DNA from: Candidatus Eiseniibacteriota bacterium
Lineage (GTDB): Bacteria; Eisenbacteria; RBG-16-71-46
Length of the DNA stretch: 64,000 nt
Assembly (NCBI GenBank): GCA_031370785.1
Contig: JANMQY010000015.1
Location: 36,596-100,595 of the forward strand
Direction: 5' to 3'
Within the stretch, counting starts at the first letter, position 1. Every line of letters starts with the position of its first letter. Shown one piece after another: positions 8,938 through 18,117 of this stretch. The notes beneath the pieces are model-generated. The model was not told the origin of the DNA. It worked only from the letters and a program-made list of their open reading frames with translations, and ran no database searches. Both the position numbers and the translations under genes were made by a program.

Positions 8938-10699
8938 CCGAGCGCTGGCAGACCGTCTCCGGGCTGTTCGAGCGCGCGCTCGCGCTGCCCAAGGGCGAGC
9001 GCGACCGTTTCCTCGCGGAGGAGTGCGGCGGTGATGAAGTGCTGGCCGCCGAAGTGCGATCCTTGCTCGGGCACCACGATCAGGCGACCGGGTTCCTCGA
9101 GTACGGCCCGGGCGGCGCGATGGCTTCGCAGGTGCCGCGCTCCGATTCTTCGATCGGCGCCGCGATCGGCGCGTGGCGCGTGGTGCGGCCGCTCGGGGAA
9201 GGCGGCATGGGCGTCGTGCTGCTGGTCGAGCGCGCCGAGGGCGGCTTCCAGCAGCGCGGCGCGCTCAAACAGCTGCGCCACGGGCTGGGGGGCGACCAGC
9301 TGGTGCGGCGCTTCATGCGCGAGCGCCAGATCCTCGCGACGCTCGAGCACCCGAACAACAGCAGCGCGCGGTCGCCGAGAAGCGCTACGAGCTGGTGCGC
9401 TCGCTCGCGAACACGCTCATCTTCGACGTGCACGACGCGGTCGAGAAGTTGCCGGGCGGCGCGCCGGTGCGCGAGATGGTGCTGAACAAGGCGGTCGGCT
9501 TCCTCGACAAGCTGGCCAGGGATGCCGGGCCCCGCGACACGACGCTCCGACTCCAGCTCGCCGACGCGTACGAGCGCATCGCGATCGTCCAGGGCATGGG
9601 GCTTCAGCCCAACGTGGGCAAACCGGGCGAAGCCTACGAGAACTTCCGCAAGGCCGTAGCGATACGCGAGGGACTCGAGCACGATCTGCCGAATGATTCG
9701 CGTGTGCTGTTCGGGCTGGTGAGCGCGTACACCAAGCTCGCGAACTTTCAGCAGATCCGCGGCCACAGGGAGGAAGCGTTCACGCTGCATCGCAAGGCGC
9801 TCGCGGCGGCGGAGAAGCTCTCGGCCGCGTACCCCAAGAATCGCGACTACCAGGCGAATCTGAACGTGCGCCGCTACAACCTGGGGCAGCTCTACTATTC
9901 GACGAACAAGACGGGCGAGGGTCTGCCGCTCATGGAAGAGGGCCGCCGCGGGCTCGCCGCGATGGTGCGGCCCGACACTTCGGACGCCAAGATGCAGAGC
10001 CTGCTCGGCGAAGTCCATTGGAACTACGCGCAGACGCTCATGAACGGCTCGGGACGTACCGACAGCGCGATGGCGGCGCTCGACCGATCGGAAAGCCTCT
10101 TCGTCAATCTGCAGCGCCGTGCGCCCAGCGATCCCGGGCTCAAGATCAAGCGCGCCGTCAATCAGAGTCTGCTGGCGATGATCTCGTGGTACCGCATGCG
10201 TGACGCCGAGCGCGCGTTGTGGCACGCCGAGGCCTCATCGGCGATCGTCGACACGCTGGCCAGCGTGGATGTCGGCAACAAGGATATGGAGCTGAACAGC
10301 GTGATCTCGCGATTCCTGGTGGGCTACTTCGTGGCGGTTGCCGGGCACATCGATCGCGCACTGCCGCTGCTTCGAGAAGGCAAGGCGCGCTGGACCGCGA
10401 TGTATCGCAATCCCGACTTTCGCCCGACTGCCGCGGCCGAACTCGAGACCGCGGACGAGGCGGATTCGTGGATCGAGGAGCACCGCGCACGCGCCGCATC
10501 GGCTGCCGGACGTCCGAGCCTTCCCCACTGGCAGGCCGCGCGCCGCTCGCTCGATCGCTGCTATGCGGTCTTCGACTCGCTCACCGCAGCGGATGAGTCC
10601 GGCACCTTGCTGTTCGAGCAGCGCTCGATCATGCGCGAGCGCATGGCGCGGATGGACTCGGTGCTGGCGGCTGCAAAGACGACGGCGCTGCGGCGGTAG
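8934..10699 (+). pseudogene. Ser/Thr protein kinase with TPR-like C-terminus, internally deleted and frameshifted
   Basis: The N-terminal frame has LGEGGMGVV, ALK and RERQILATLEHPN, then stops. At about 9357 a second frame continues with the post-TM region (AEKRYELVRSLANTLIFDVHDAVEKLPG). HRD/DFG motifs and the TM helix are missing. Confidence 0.85.
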
Positions 10700-10749
10700 T
10701 TCAGGCGCGCGAAGCCACCGCCGGCGCTACTCTGCCCTCTCCCCTGCGA

Positions 10750-11193
10750 TCAATTCGACGTGGGTCGTCGGTTTGAGCCCGAAGGCGGCGCGGCCAGCAA
10801 GGGCGTGTCGATCAACGCGGCACGCAGGCCGCGACGGGAGAGTCGCAGGTTGATTCTTCGCACGAGCGAGCCTGCTCCGGTGCGCCGTGGGTCGTACGCG
10901 AGAGACAGGGCGGCCGGCGCGAGCGAGACTCGAGACGTTCCCGCGATGACGCCGGCGCAGGACTCAACGCTCCGAAGAATCCAGGCCTCCAGTGCCGGGC
11001 CCGGCGGAATCGGACCCTGGATCTCCGCGAACACGACCGCGTGGCCATGCCGCTGGGCAGCTGTCATCACGGCATGGTCGTAGGTCGCGGCGACCTTGTC
11101 CTCCATGCAGTGGCCGCAGGCCATGGCAGGTGGGACAGACCCAACCAGACTCGAAACCGCGATCGCGAATACAACTCGGCGCACCGATGGCAT
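10750..11193 (-). CDS. Small exported CxxC protein, possibly metal-binding
   Basis: Signal peptide ending AMA, followed by CGHCMEDKVAATYDHAV; starts next to the nirK stop codon. Confidence 0.7.
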   Translation of the reverse strand: MPSVRRVVFAIAVSSLVGSVPPAMACGHCMEDKVAATYDHAVMTAAQRHGHAVVFAEIQGPIPPGPALEAWILRSVESCAGVIAGTSRVSLAPAALSLAYDPRRTGAGSLVRRINLRLSRRGLRAALIDTPLLAAPPSGSNRRPTSN

Positions 11194-11198
11194 CGCCG

Positions 11199-12659
11199 TC
11201 ACTCCTTGAGCGCCTTGTCCGTGGTCACTGGTGTGGACCCCGCCGGACTCGGATGGGCGTCCGCCCATTTGAAGTACTGCATTATCTCCCGCACCTCTTC
11301 TGGAGAAAGGTTCTGATTCGGCATGGGGATCATGTAGCGAGCGAGGAGCGCCTTTGCGGTGTCATCGGTCGCCATCATTTTCTCGGGCGACATCAGCCAG
11401 CTTCTGAGCCAGGTTTCACTGCGTCGCCGATCGACTCCAAGAAGGTCCGGGCCGACTCGAGTACCAGCACCGAGCGAGTGGCAGGCGAGGCACTTGCTCT
11501 CGAAGTTCAACTTGCCGCGAATGGCCACCGGATCATCGGGGGTTCCGCTGGCGGGGATGTTGTGGTGCTCGATCGGCAGAGTATCGTTCGTCGCTCCGGT
11601 CGCGTCGATCAGCCCGATGGCCCCCTGCGTTGCGTTCGCGAAATGGTGGTCGACCATGACGTACTTGCCCGCCTCGGGGATTACGAACTCCACGATCGCC
11701 GAGCAGCTCGATCCCAAGAGCACCGTCTGCATCCCGCGGAACTGGTTGTCAGGATTCCCGTCGATCCAGACGCGGTCGAAAATGGTTCCCACGACGTGGA
11801 AGCTCGAGGTGTTGCTGGGGCCGACATTCAGCACGTAGAGCCGCACCCGCTCGCCCGGCTTGGCGGGTAGCGGACTGTCGACGAGACCGTTGTAGCGCCC
11901 GTTGAAAACGGTGTAAGTCGACTCTTTGGTGCGCACCTTCTTGGTGTCGAGAACATAGAGCGGATGCTCGTCCACCTTTCGACCCTGGGGATCCAGCTGG
12001 ACATAGAACTCGCTCTGTATGATCACGTACTCGCGATCTGCGTGCGTCGGATAGCCACCGCGCGGCTCGACCACGACCACTCCGTACATGCCGGAAGCGA
12101 TGTGTTCCAGGATCATCGGCGTGCCGCAGTGATACATGAACACGCCCGGATAGTTGAGCGTGAACTCAAAGGTGATGGTTTGCCCGGGGGCGATGGAATG
12201 ATATTTATCCTGCGGCGAAACCATGGCCGCATGGAAGTCCATGGAATGCATCATCGGTTGAGCAAAGGAGACCGGCCCGGGCATGGCCTCATCGCTGCGA
12301 TTGGTCATGCTGAAGTGGATGCGGTCACCGACGCGGGCATGAACCGTCGGACCCGGCACCTGCCCGCCGAAAGTCCAGGCTAGAAATCGGATGCCAGGGG
12401 CGATCTCGACGATCTGGGCGATCGTGTCGAGGTGGATGGTCTTTGTTTTTTCACTCTTCAGCGGTTCGAGCTTGGGACCGTGGCTGAGAGCATCGCCCTC
12501 GGAGAGCGGACCGGTGTGACGTGTGCTCGAGAGCCGAGCAGCCGGGGGTTTGAGGTCCATTCGTGACTGGTCGTACGAGTTGCCATCACGCTGTCCACAA
12601 CCGGCAGGCAGGCAAGCTAGCCAGAAGATGGCCGCAATGCGAGCAGGCAATCGTCTCAT
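11199..12659 (-). CDS. nirK: Copper-containing nitrite reductase (lipoprotein) with a C-terminal cytochrome c domain
   Basis: Lipobox LPAGC; HSMDFH, YHCGTPMILEHIASGMYG, SSFHVVG and VDHH Cu-site motifs; C-terminal CLACH...GPDL...MPN class I cytochrome c. Confidence 0.88.
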   Translation of the reverse strand: MRRLPARIAAIFWLACLPAGCGQRDGNSYDQSRMDLKPPAARLSSTRHTGPLSEGDALSHGPKLEPLKSEKTKTIHLDTIAQIVEIAPGIRFLAWTFGGQVPGPTVHARVGDRIHFSMTNRSDEAMPGPVSFAQPMMHSMDFHAAMVSPQDKYHSIAPGQTITFEFTLNYPGVFMYHCGTPMILEHIASGMYGVVVVEPRGGYPTHADREYVIIQSEFYVQLDPQGRKVDEHPLYVLDTKKVRTKESTYTVFNGRYNGLVDSPLPAKPGERVRLYVLNVGPSNTSSFHVVGTIFDRVWIDGNPDNQFRGMQTVLLGSSCSAIVEFVIPEAGKYVMVDHHFANATQGAIGLIDATGATNDTLPIEHHNIPASGTPDDPVAIRGKLNFESKCLACHSLGAGTRVGPDLLGVDRRRSETWLRSWLMSPEKMMATDDTAKALLARYMIPMPNQNLSPEEVREIMQYFKWADAHPSPAGSTPVTTDKALKE

Positions 12660-13160
12660 GCGCTGTCCTCCACAAGGCCCGTGCGCGTCTTTTGGTGCTC
12701 TGACTCGCGGCACGATACTCCTGAGGTGAGGTGACCGCGACGATACAAAGGGACCATGCGGGAGACTCCCTCGGTACCCTGGCCAAGGCGGAGGCCTCGG
12801 GGCGAACCTTGACGCTGGGCATGGTTGCCTGGTCCTGGACGCCCGGGTCGCAGTCCGTCGGGCGAACTGACGTCGGAAGCAGGTCGCCGACCAAGCCAAT
12901 GGCTGGGGCGAGTCTTGAGGGCCGCAGCGGCCAACGCCGTCCCGGGACTCCTCCCCCCTGCTCTTACCGTGAGCCGTTTCGGACCGATTCTGCGCGTACT
13001 GCTCTGAGCCCGGCGAAGGCGAACGCCAGGTTCGGCAGGCGCGGGGATCTCTCGGCCCCGCGGGGCGCGCGTCCCAACGAGTCGCACTCCCTCGAAATGA
13101 GCCTGCCCAGGTCACCCGCGGTCCGCTCGCGCCCGCTTCGGACTGCTCGGGAGCTGTTCC

Positions 13161-13886
13161 ATGTCGAGTGCGCTTCGTTATTCACGGCCGGCAGTGGCGC
13201 CGACTCCGCAGCTCGTGCCTCGCGCCATCGGCATCACCCGCAGCCCCGGCCCCACCCGCCCGGCCAGCGAGAGCCCGGCGCGTCCCTCGAGCCGCCGCCA
13301 ATCGCGCACGAGCTACGCCGCGTGGAGCGATGAGGCGCTGGCCCTGCTCGCCCGCCGCACGTACCTGCGCGAGTCCAACGCCGCGGCGCTCGAGCTGTTC
13401 GGACGCCACCAGCAGCGCATCTATCGCTGGTGCTACGGATTCGTGCGTGAGCCGGAGCTGGCGCGCGACCTGGCGCAGGATGTGTTGCTCAACGCCTGGC
13501 GCGCGCTCGACAGCTACCGCGCGCACGCCCCGTGGGTGTGCTGGCTGTATGCGATCGCCCGCCATCGCTGCCTGAGTGCGCTGCGTCCGCGCATGCTGGT
13601 GCGTGCGACAGACATCGAGCCGGACTCGCTGAACGCGCGGCAGCCTTCGCCGGACGATGAGTGTGCCTCGCGTGACTGGATGGAGCGTACGGTCGGGCTG
13701 ATCGAGCGCACGCTGGAGACCCGGGAGCTCGAGGCAGTGCGCCTGCGTTGCGAGGAGCGGCTGCAGATCGAGGAGATCACCTCGCGTCTGGCGATCGACT
13801 CCCCTTCGGGAGCGCGCGGCGTGCTGCAGAAGGCGCGTCGCAAGCTGCGGGCGGCGATGGAACGCGAGGGGCTGGTCGAGGCCTGA
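13161..13886 (+). CDS. ECF-type sigma70 factor (start uncertain)
   Basis: ARDLAQDVLLNAW and WLYAIARHRCL (region 2); region 4 ends GARGVLQKARRKLR. Confidence 0.85.
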   Translation: MSSALRYSRPAVAPTPQLVPRAIGITRSPGPTRPASESPARPSSRRQSRTSYAAWSDEALALLARRTYLRESNAAALELFGRHQQRIYRWCYGFVREPELARDLAQDVLLNAWRALDSYRAHAPWVCWLYAIARHRCLSALRPRMLVRATDIEPDSLNARQPSPDDECASRDWMERTVGLIERTLETRELEAVRLRCEERLQIEEITSRLAIDSPSGARGVLQKARRKLRAAMEREGLVEA

Positions 13887-13957
13887 GGAGTCCGGCGCGC
13901 CCGCGCGCCGGTGCTTCTGCCGAGAGTCGTGGCCCCGCCCGGATGTCGCGACGCCGG

Positions 13958-14422
13958 CTAGTTCAGCCAGCCGAGCGCGTGCGCGCCCCGCACCCCGAGG
14001 TGGAAGACGCCGCACGCGATGAGTCCCGCCATGACGTCGTCGGCGACCACGCCCAGGCCGCCGGGAAGTGCCTGAATCTGGCGCGCGCCGAGCGGCTTCC
14101 ATACGTCGAAGATCCGGAACAGGATGAATGCGGCCGCGAACGCGATAATCGAGTGCGGCACGAACAGCAGCGCCAGCGTCTGCCCGACCGCTTCGTCGAT
14201 CACGATCGGCTTGGCATCGTGGCCGAGCTGCTTCTCGGCTTCGCCGGCCGCCCAGACCGCGAGCGCGGTGCCGGCGACGAGGAGTGCGATGAAGATCAGC
14301 CACGGCTGAACCGGCAGGAACCAGGCGACCACGGTGACCACGGCGCTGCCCGCGGTCGCAGGCGCGATCGGCGCCCAGCCGCAGGGGCCGAGCGTCGCGA
14401 GCAGCAGAACGAGCCTCTTCAA
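13958..14422 (-). CDS. pgpA: Phosphatidylglycerophosphatase A
   Basis: APATAGS, DAKPIVIDEAVG, FRIFDVWKP and GVVADDVMAG; TTG start overlaps the mglA stop. Confidence 0.93.
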   Translation of the reverse strand: MKRLVLLLATLGPCGWAPIAPATAGSAVVTVVAWFLPVQPWLIFIALLVAGTALAVWAAGEAEKQLGHDAKPIVIDEAVGQTLALLFVPHSIIAFAAAFILFRIFDVWKPLGARQIQALPGGLGVVADDVMAGLIACGVFHLGVRGAHALGWLN

Positions 14423-15285
14423 ATGCGGGTGCCGCCTCCGCCCGGTCCGGGCCATGGGCGGCGCGGCGCGGTCTGAATGCGCGGGCGCGCCATGAACGGG
14501 CGAGCCGGCGCTTCGACGGCCTGCGACTTGGCGACGGGCGCCGAGGCGGCGGGCGCGCTATTCGACCAGACTGCCGCGGGCGCGTCCGCGATCGACGCCG
14601 GAGCGGTCGCAGGGCGCATTGGCGCCGAGTGCACGGCCGGACGAACCGGATCCGCAACCGGGTAGGGAGGCGCGCTGGCGCGCACCGCGCTCGGCGCGCC
14701 CGACAGGCGCGCAAGCACGCTCTTGCATGCGGCGCGCAGGGTCTCGCTCACACCCTGCCCGCGGCGCGCGATCGCTTCGAACTCGGGCGCGCCCGAGGGG
14801 TTGAGCATCGCGCGCAGGCGCTCGACCGGCAGCGCGGCGACCAGATCCCGCTTGTTGTACTGAAACACCCAGGGCATGCGAACGAGCTGATCGGGAGTGA
14901 GTCCGAGCGTGTCGAGATGCCCGCGCGTGTCGATGAGCGAATCGTAGTTGGCCTGCTCGCGCGCCGGGTGCGAGTCCGCGACGAACACCACGCCGTCGAG
15001 CCCTTGCAGCACGGCGCGACGCGAGAGTTTGTAGTACACCTGCCCGGGCACGGTGTAGAGGTGGAACCGGGTCGTGAAGCCGTTCACCTGGCCGATCTCG
15101 ATCGGCAGGAAGTCGAAGAACAGGGTGCGGTCGTGGTCGGTCGAGAGCGAAACCAGGCGGCCGCGGCGCTCGGGGGGCAGACGGTCGTGCAGGGACTGCA
15201 GGTTGGTGGTCTTGCCGCCCAGCCCGGGTCCCACGTAGACGATCTTGAAGTTGATTTCGCGCGCGCGGTGATTGATGAGCGCCAT
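14419..15285 (-). CDS. mglA: MglA-family small GTPase with a low-complexity C-terminal extension
   Basis: INFKIVYVGPGLGGKTTNL, DRTLFFDFLP, TVPGQVYY and NKRD. Confidence 0.92.
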   Translation of the reverse strand: MALINHRAREINFKIVYVGPGLGGKTTNLQSLHDRLPPERRGRLVSLSTDHDRTLFFDFLPIEIGQVNGFTTRFHLYTVPGQVYYKLSRRAVLQGLDGVVFVADSHPAREQANYDSLIDTRGHLDTLGLTPDQLVRMPWVFQYNKRDLVAALPVERLRAMLNPSGAPEFEAIARRGQGVSETLRAACKSVLARLSGAPSAVRASAPPYPVADPVRPAVHSAPMRPATAPASIADAPAAVWSNSAPAASAPVAKSQAVEAPARPFMARPRIQTAPRRPWPGPGGGGTRI

Positions 15286-15403
15286 TTCGTCCCCACAGTT
15301 GCGCTGCGCGCGACGCGGCGAGCCAGACGCCCCCGCTTTGGACGGGGACGCGGATGCGATTACGGCCCTCCGCCGCGTGTGGCGCGGCGAATCGGCCGCC
15401 GAC

Positions 15404-15892
15404 CTAGGCTTCGCCGAACAGCGCGTCCACCTCGCGACCAGCAGCGTCCACGAACTCCGGCGTTGCAGAGGCCGTCTCGACCAATCCGACCCGCTCGAAA
15501 AGGCTGCGGAACACCTGATCCAGCTCCTGCGCGGCGCGCTGAGCACGGAGTCTCACCAGGCCCAGCGTGCTGCGCCTGTCGAACACCGTGCACATGATGA
15601 CGCGGTCCGCGAGCATGCAGGAGTGAACCGACCGGCTCCGGCCTTCGCTCACCACCGCCTGAACGCCGGTCTCCCCGAGCAACTGGGCAAGCTCGGCATT
15701 GGCAGTGAAGTCGGCGGCGATGAGACTGGCGAACGCCGTCGCGTCGAAGTCGGCAGTGCGCCCGGCCGTGGTGATCAGCTGGCCGGAGCGGTCTACGAGG
15801 TGCACCGACAGTGCGTTGGTGCGCTCGAGCAGCTCACCAAGCACCTGATCGATGGATCGAAAGTCGTTTTCGAACAGAGTCCACTGTGGCAT
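15404..15892 (-). CDS. mglB: MglB roadblock/LC7 domain protein
   Basis: LVDRSGQLI, FASLIAADFTANAELAQLLGE and STLGLVRLR; lies upstream of mglA. Confidence 0.9.
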   Translation of the reverse strand: MPQWTLFENDFRSIDQVLGELLERTNALSVHLVDRSGQLITTAGRTADFDATAFASLIAADFTANAELAQLLGETGVQAVVSEGRSRSVHSCMLADRVIMCTVFDRRSTLGLVRLRAQRAAQELDQVFRSLFERVGLVETASATPEFVDAAGREVDALFGEA

Positions 15893-16108
15893 GGCACCCC
15901 CCGCACTCCGGCGGAAAAGGCAACCGAGGACACTTCCGGGCACGTCCGTGTTCCGGGCCGAGTACTAACACGCGAACCAGTCCGCAACAAGAAATGATTG
16001 CAACCTTGGAAGATGACGGGAAGGCGAGCGGCGGGGGAGGATGGGCCGGTAGAGACAATTCCGGGCCGGGCGTCGCGGGATTCACCCCGAATTCCAGGGG
16101 CTGCCGCC

Positions 16109-17149
16109 CTAGTCGTGCTCGTCCTCGATCTCGCCGACAATCTCCTCGAGAATGTCCTCGAGGGTGACGATCCCCAGGAACTTGTCGTCCTTGTCGCGCA
16201 CCACCGCCATCGGCCGGCGCTCGCGGCGGAACCGGCGCAGCAGGCGCGCCACCGGTTCGTCGGGGTCGACGAACAGCGCCGGATACATCGCGTCCATCAG
16301 GATGACCAGACCCCTCAGGCTGAACAGGTGGAAGAGATCCTTGGTGTTGACGATGCCCACGATGTTGTTGGGATCCCCGTCCCATACCGGCATGCGGGTA
16401 TGCGCGCTGTCGCGCGCGGTCTCGAGGATCTCCTCTTCGGACGCCGACAGGGAGAGCGTCACGACCTTCTCGCGCGGGACCATGATGTCGCGCACCTTCT
16501 TGTCCGAAAGCTCGAAGACGTTGCGCACGTAATTGGCCTGGTCGGGCGCCATCACTCCGGCCTCCTGCGTCTCTTCGACCAGCATGTCCAGCTCTTCCAT
16601 GGAGTGGACCGCCTGCTCCGCGGTCGCCGGCGGCACTTTCAGCAGCCGCACCACAAGTGAGGCGGAGGCGCGCATCGCCGTGATCAGCGGGCGCGCGATG
16701 GCGCCGAACGCCAGAATCGGACCGGTGGAGAGCAGCGCGACCGCCTCGGCGCGCTGGAGCGCGATCGCCTTGGGTGCGAGCTCGCCCAGCACCACGTGCA
16801 GGTAGGTGATGATGATGAAAGCGATTGCGATCGCGATCCCATGCGTCACGGCCAGCCCCCATGGCCATGGCACGCGCATGAACATCGGGGTGAGCATGCG
16901 CGCCAGCGCGGGCTCGCCGATCCAGCCGAGTCCGAGGCTCGAGAGGGTCACACCGAGCTGCGTGATCGCGATCGTATCGTCGAGCTTCTCGATCGCTCTC
17001 TGCACCGCAAGCGCGCCGAACACGTTTCGGTCCACCAGCTCTTCGATCCGGGTCCAGCGCACCGTCACCAGCGCGTACTCGGCGGCCACGAAGAAGCCGT
17101 TGAGCGCCGTGATCAGGAGAATCGAGACGATGCCGAAGGTATCGAGCAT
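16109..17149 (-). CDS. Hemolysin-family/CNNM transmembrane protein with CBS domains
   Basis: NGFFVAAEYALV, QLGVTLSSLGLGWIGEP, GELAPK and GIVTLEDILEEIVGEIEDEHD. Confidence 0.93.
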   Translation of the reverse strand: MLDTFGIVSILLITALNGFFVAAEYALVTVRWTRIEELVDRNVFGALAVQRAIEKLDDTIAITQLGVTLSSLGLGWIGEPALARMLTPMFMRVPWPWGLAVTHGIAIAIAFIIITYLHVVLGELAPKAIALQRAEAVALLSTGPILAFGAIARPLITAMRASASLVVRLLKVPPATAEQAVHSMEELDMLVEETQEAGVMAPDQANYVRNVFELSDKKVRDIMVPREKVVTLSLSASEEEILETARDSAHTRMPVWDGDPNNIVGIVNTKDLFHLFSLRGLVILMDAMYPALFVDPDEPVARLLRRFRRERRPMAVVRDKDDKFLGIVTLEDILEEIVGEIEDEHD

Positions 17150-17177
17150 GGGAGGCGGCTGGCCGACGCGCCGCGCG

Positions 17178-17795
17178 CTAGTCGACCTCGCGCCGTCCCT
17201 CGAGGGCGCGAGCGAGAGTCACGAGGTCCGAGTACTCGAGGTCGCTGCCCATGGGCACGCCGCGCGCGATGCGCGTGACGCGCACCCCGAGCGGGGCGAG
17301 CAGGCGCGAAAGGTAGAGCGCGGTCGCTTCGCCCGCCACGTTGGGGTTGGTGGCGAGGATGATCTCGCGGATCGGACTCGCGACGCCCTCGGGCGAAGGC
17401 CGCATGCGCACCAGCAGCTCGCGGATGCGCAGCTGATCCGGGCTCACGCCCTCGAGCGGCGAGAGCGCGCCGCCGAGCACGTGATAGCGGCCCCTGAACT
17501 GGCCGGTGCGCTCGAGCGCGAGCACGTCGCCGGGCTGCTCGACCACGCACACGATCGCGCCGTCGCGGCCGCCGTCGGTGCACAGGCGGCACGGGTTCTC
17601 TTCAGTGAAGTTGCCGCACACCGCGCAGAAGCCGACGCGCTCCTTGACCGCGCGGATCGCCTCGGCCAGGCGCAGCGCATCGTCCTTCGGCGCGCGTAGA
17701 AGATGGAGCGCCAGGCGCTGCGCGCTCTTGGCGCCGATGGTTGGCAGCTTGACCAGCTCCTCGATCAGGAGTTCGAGGTACTTCGAGCTGTACAT
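17178..17795 (-). CDS. recR: Recombination mediator RecR
   Basis: [14 protein letters not shown]4 zinc finger CAVC..CRLC, TOPRIM domain and [14 protein letters not shown]. Confidence 0.97.
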   Translation of the reverse strand: MYSSKYLELLIEELVKLPTIGAKSAQRLALHLLRAPKDDALRLAEAIRAVKERVGFCAVCGNFTEENPCRLCTDGGRDGAIVCVVEQPGDVLALERTGQFRGRYHVLGGALSPLEGVSPDQLRIRELLVRMRPSPEGVASPIREIILATNPNVAGEATALYLSRLLAPLGVRVTRIARGVPMGSDLEYSDLVTLARALEGRREVD

Positions 17796-17811
17796 CCGGG
17801 GGCCGTGGGGG

Positions 17812-18117
17812 TCAGAAGGGCAGCTTGAAGCCGCCGGTGAGCTTGCTGATGGTCTCGTTCATCTTGGTCTCGGAGGCGCGCTGCGCCTCGCCGACCGCCA
17901 CCAGGATCAGGTCTTCGAGCAGCGAGGGGTCGGCATCCTTGAGCGCTTCGGGCCGGATCTTCAGCTCCTTCAGCATCTGCTTGCCGTCCACCACCGCGTG
18001 GACCGCGCCGCCGCCGGCGCTGGCTTCGTGGCGCTCTTCGGCCAGCTTCTCCTGAAGATCCGCCATCTGCTTCTGCACCTTTTGAGCCTGCTTCACCATG
18101 TCGCCGAAGCTTTTCAT
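17812..18117 (-). CDS. ybaB: YbaB/EbfC nucleoid-associated protein
   Basis: [16 protein letters not shown] and LEDLILVA; lies between dnaX and recR. Confidence 0.95.
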   Translation of the reverse strand: MKSFGDMVKQAQKVQKQMADLQEKLAEERHEASAGGGAVHAVVDGKQMLKELKIRPEALKDADPSLLEDLILVAVGEAQRASETKMNETISKLTGGFKLPF

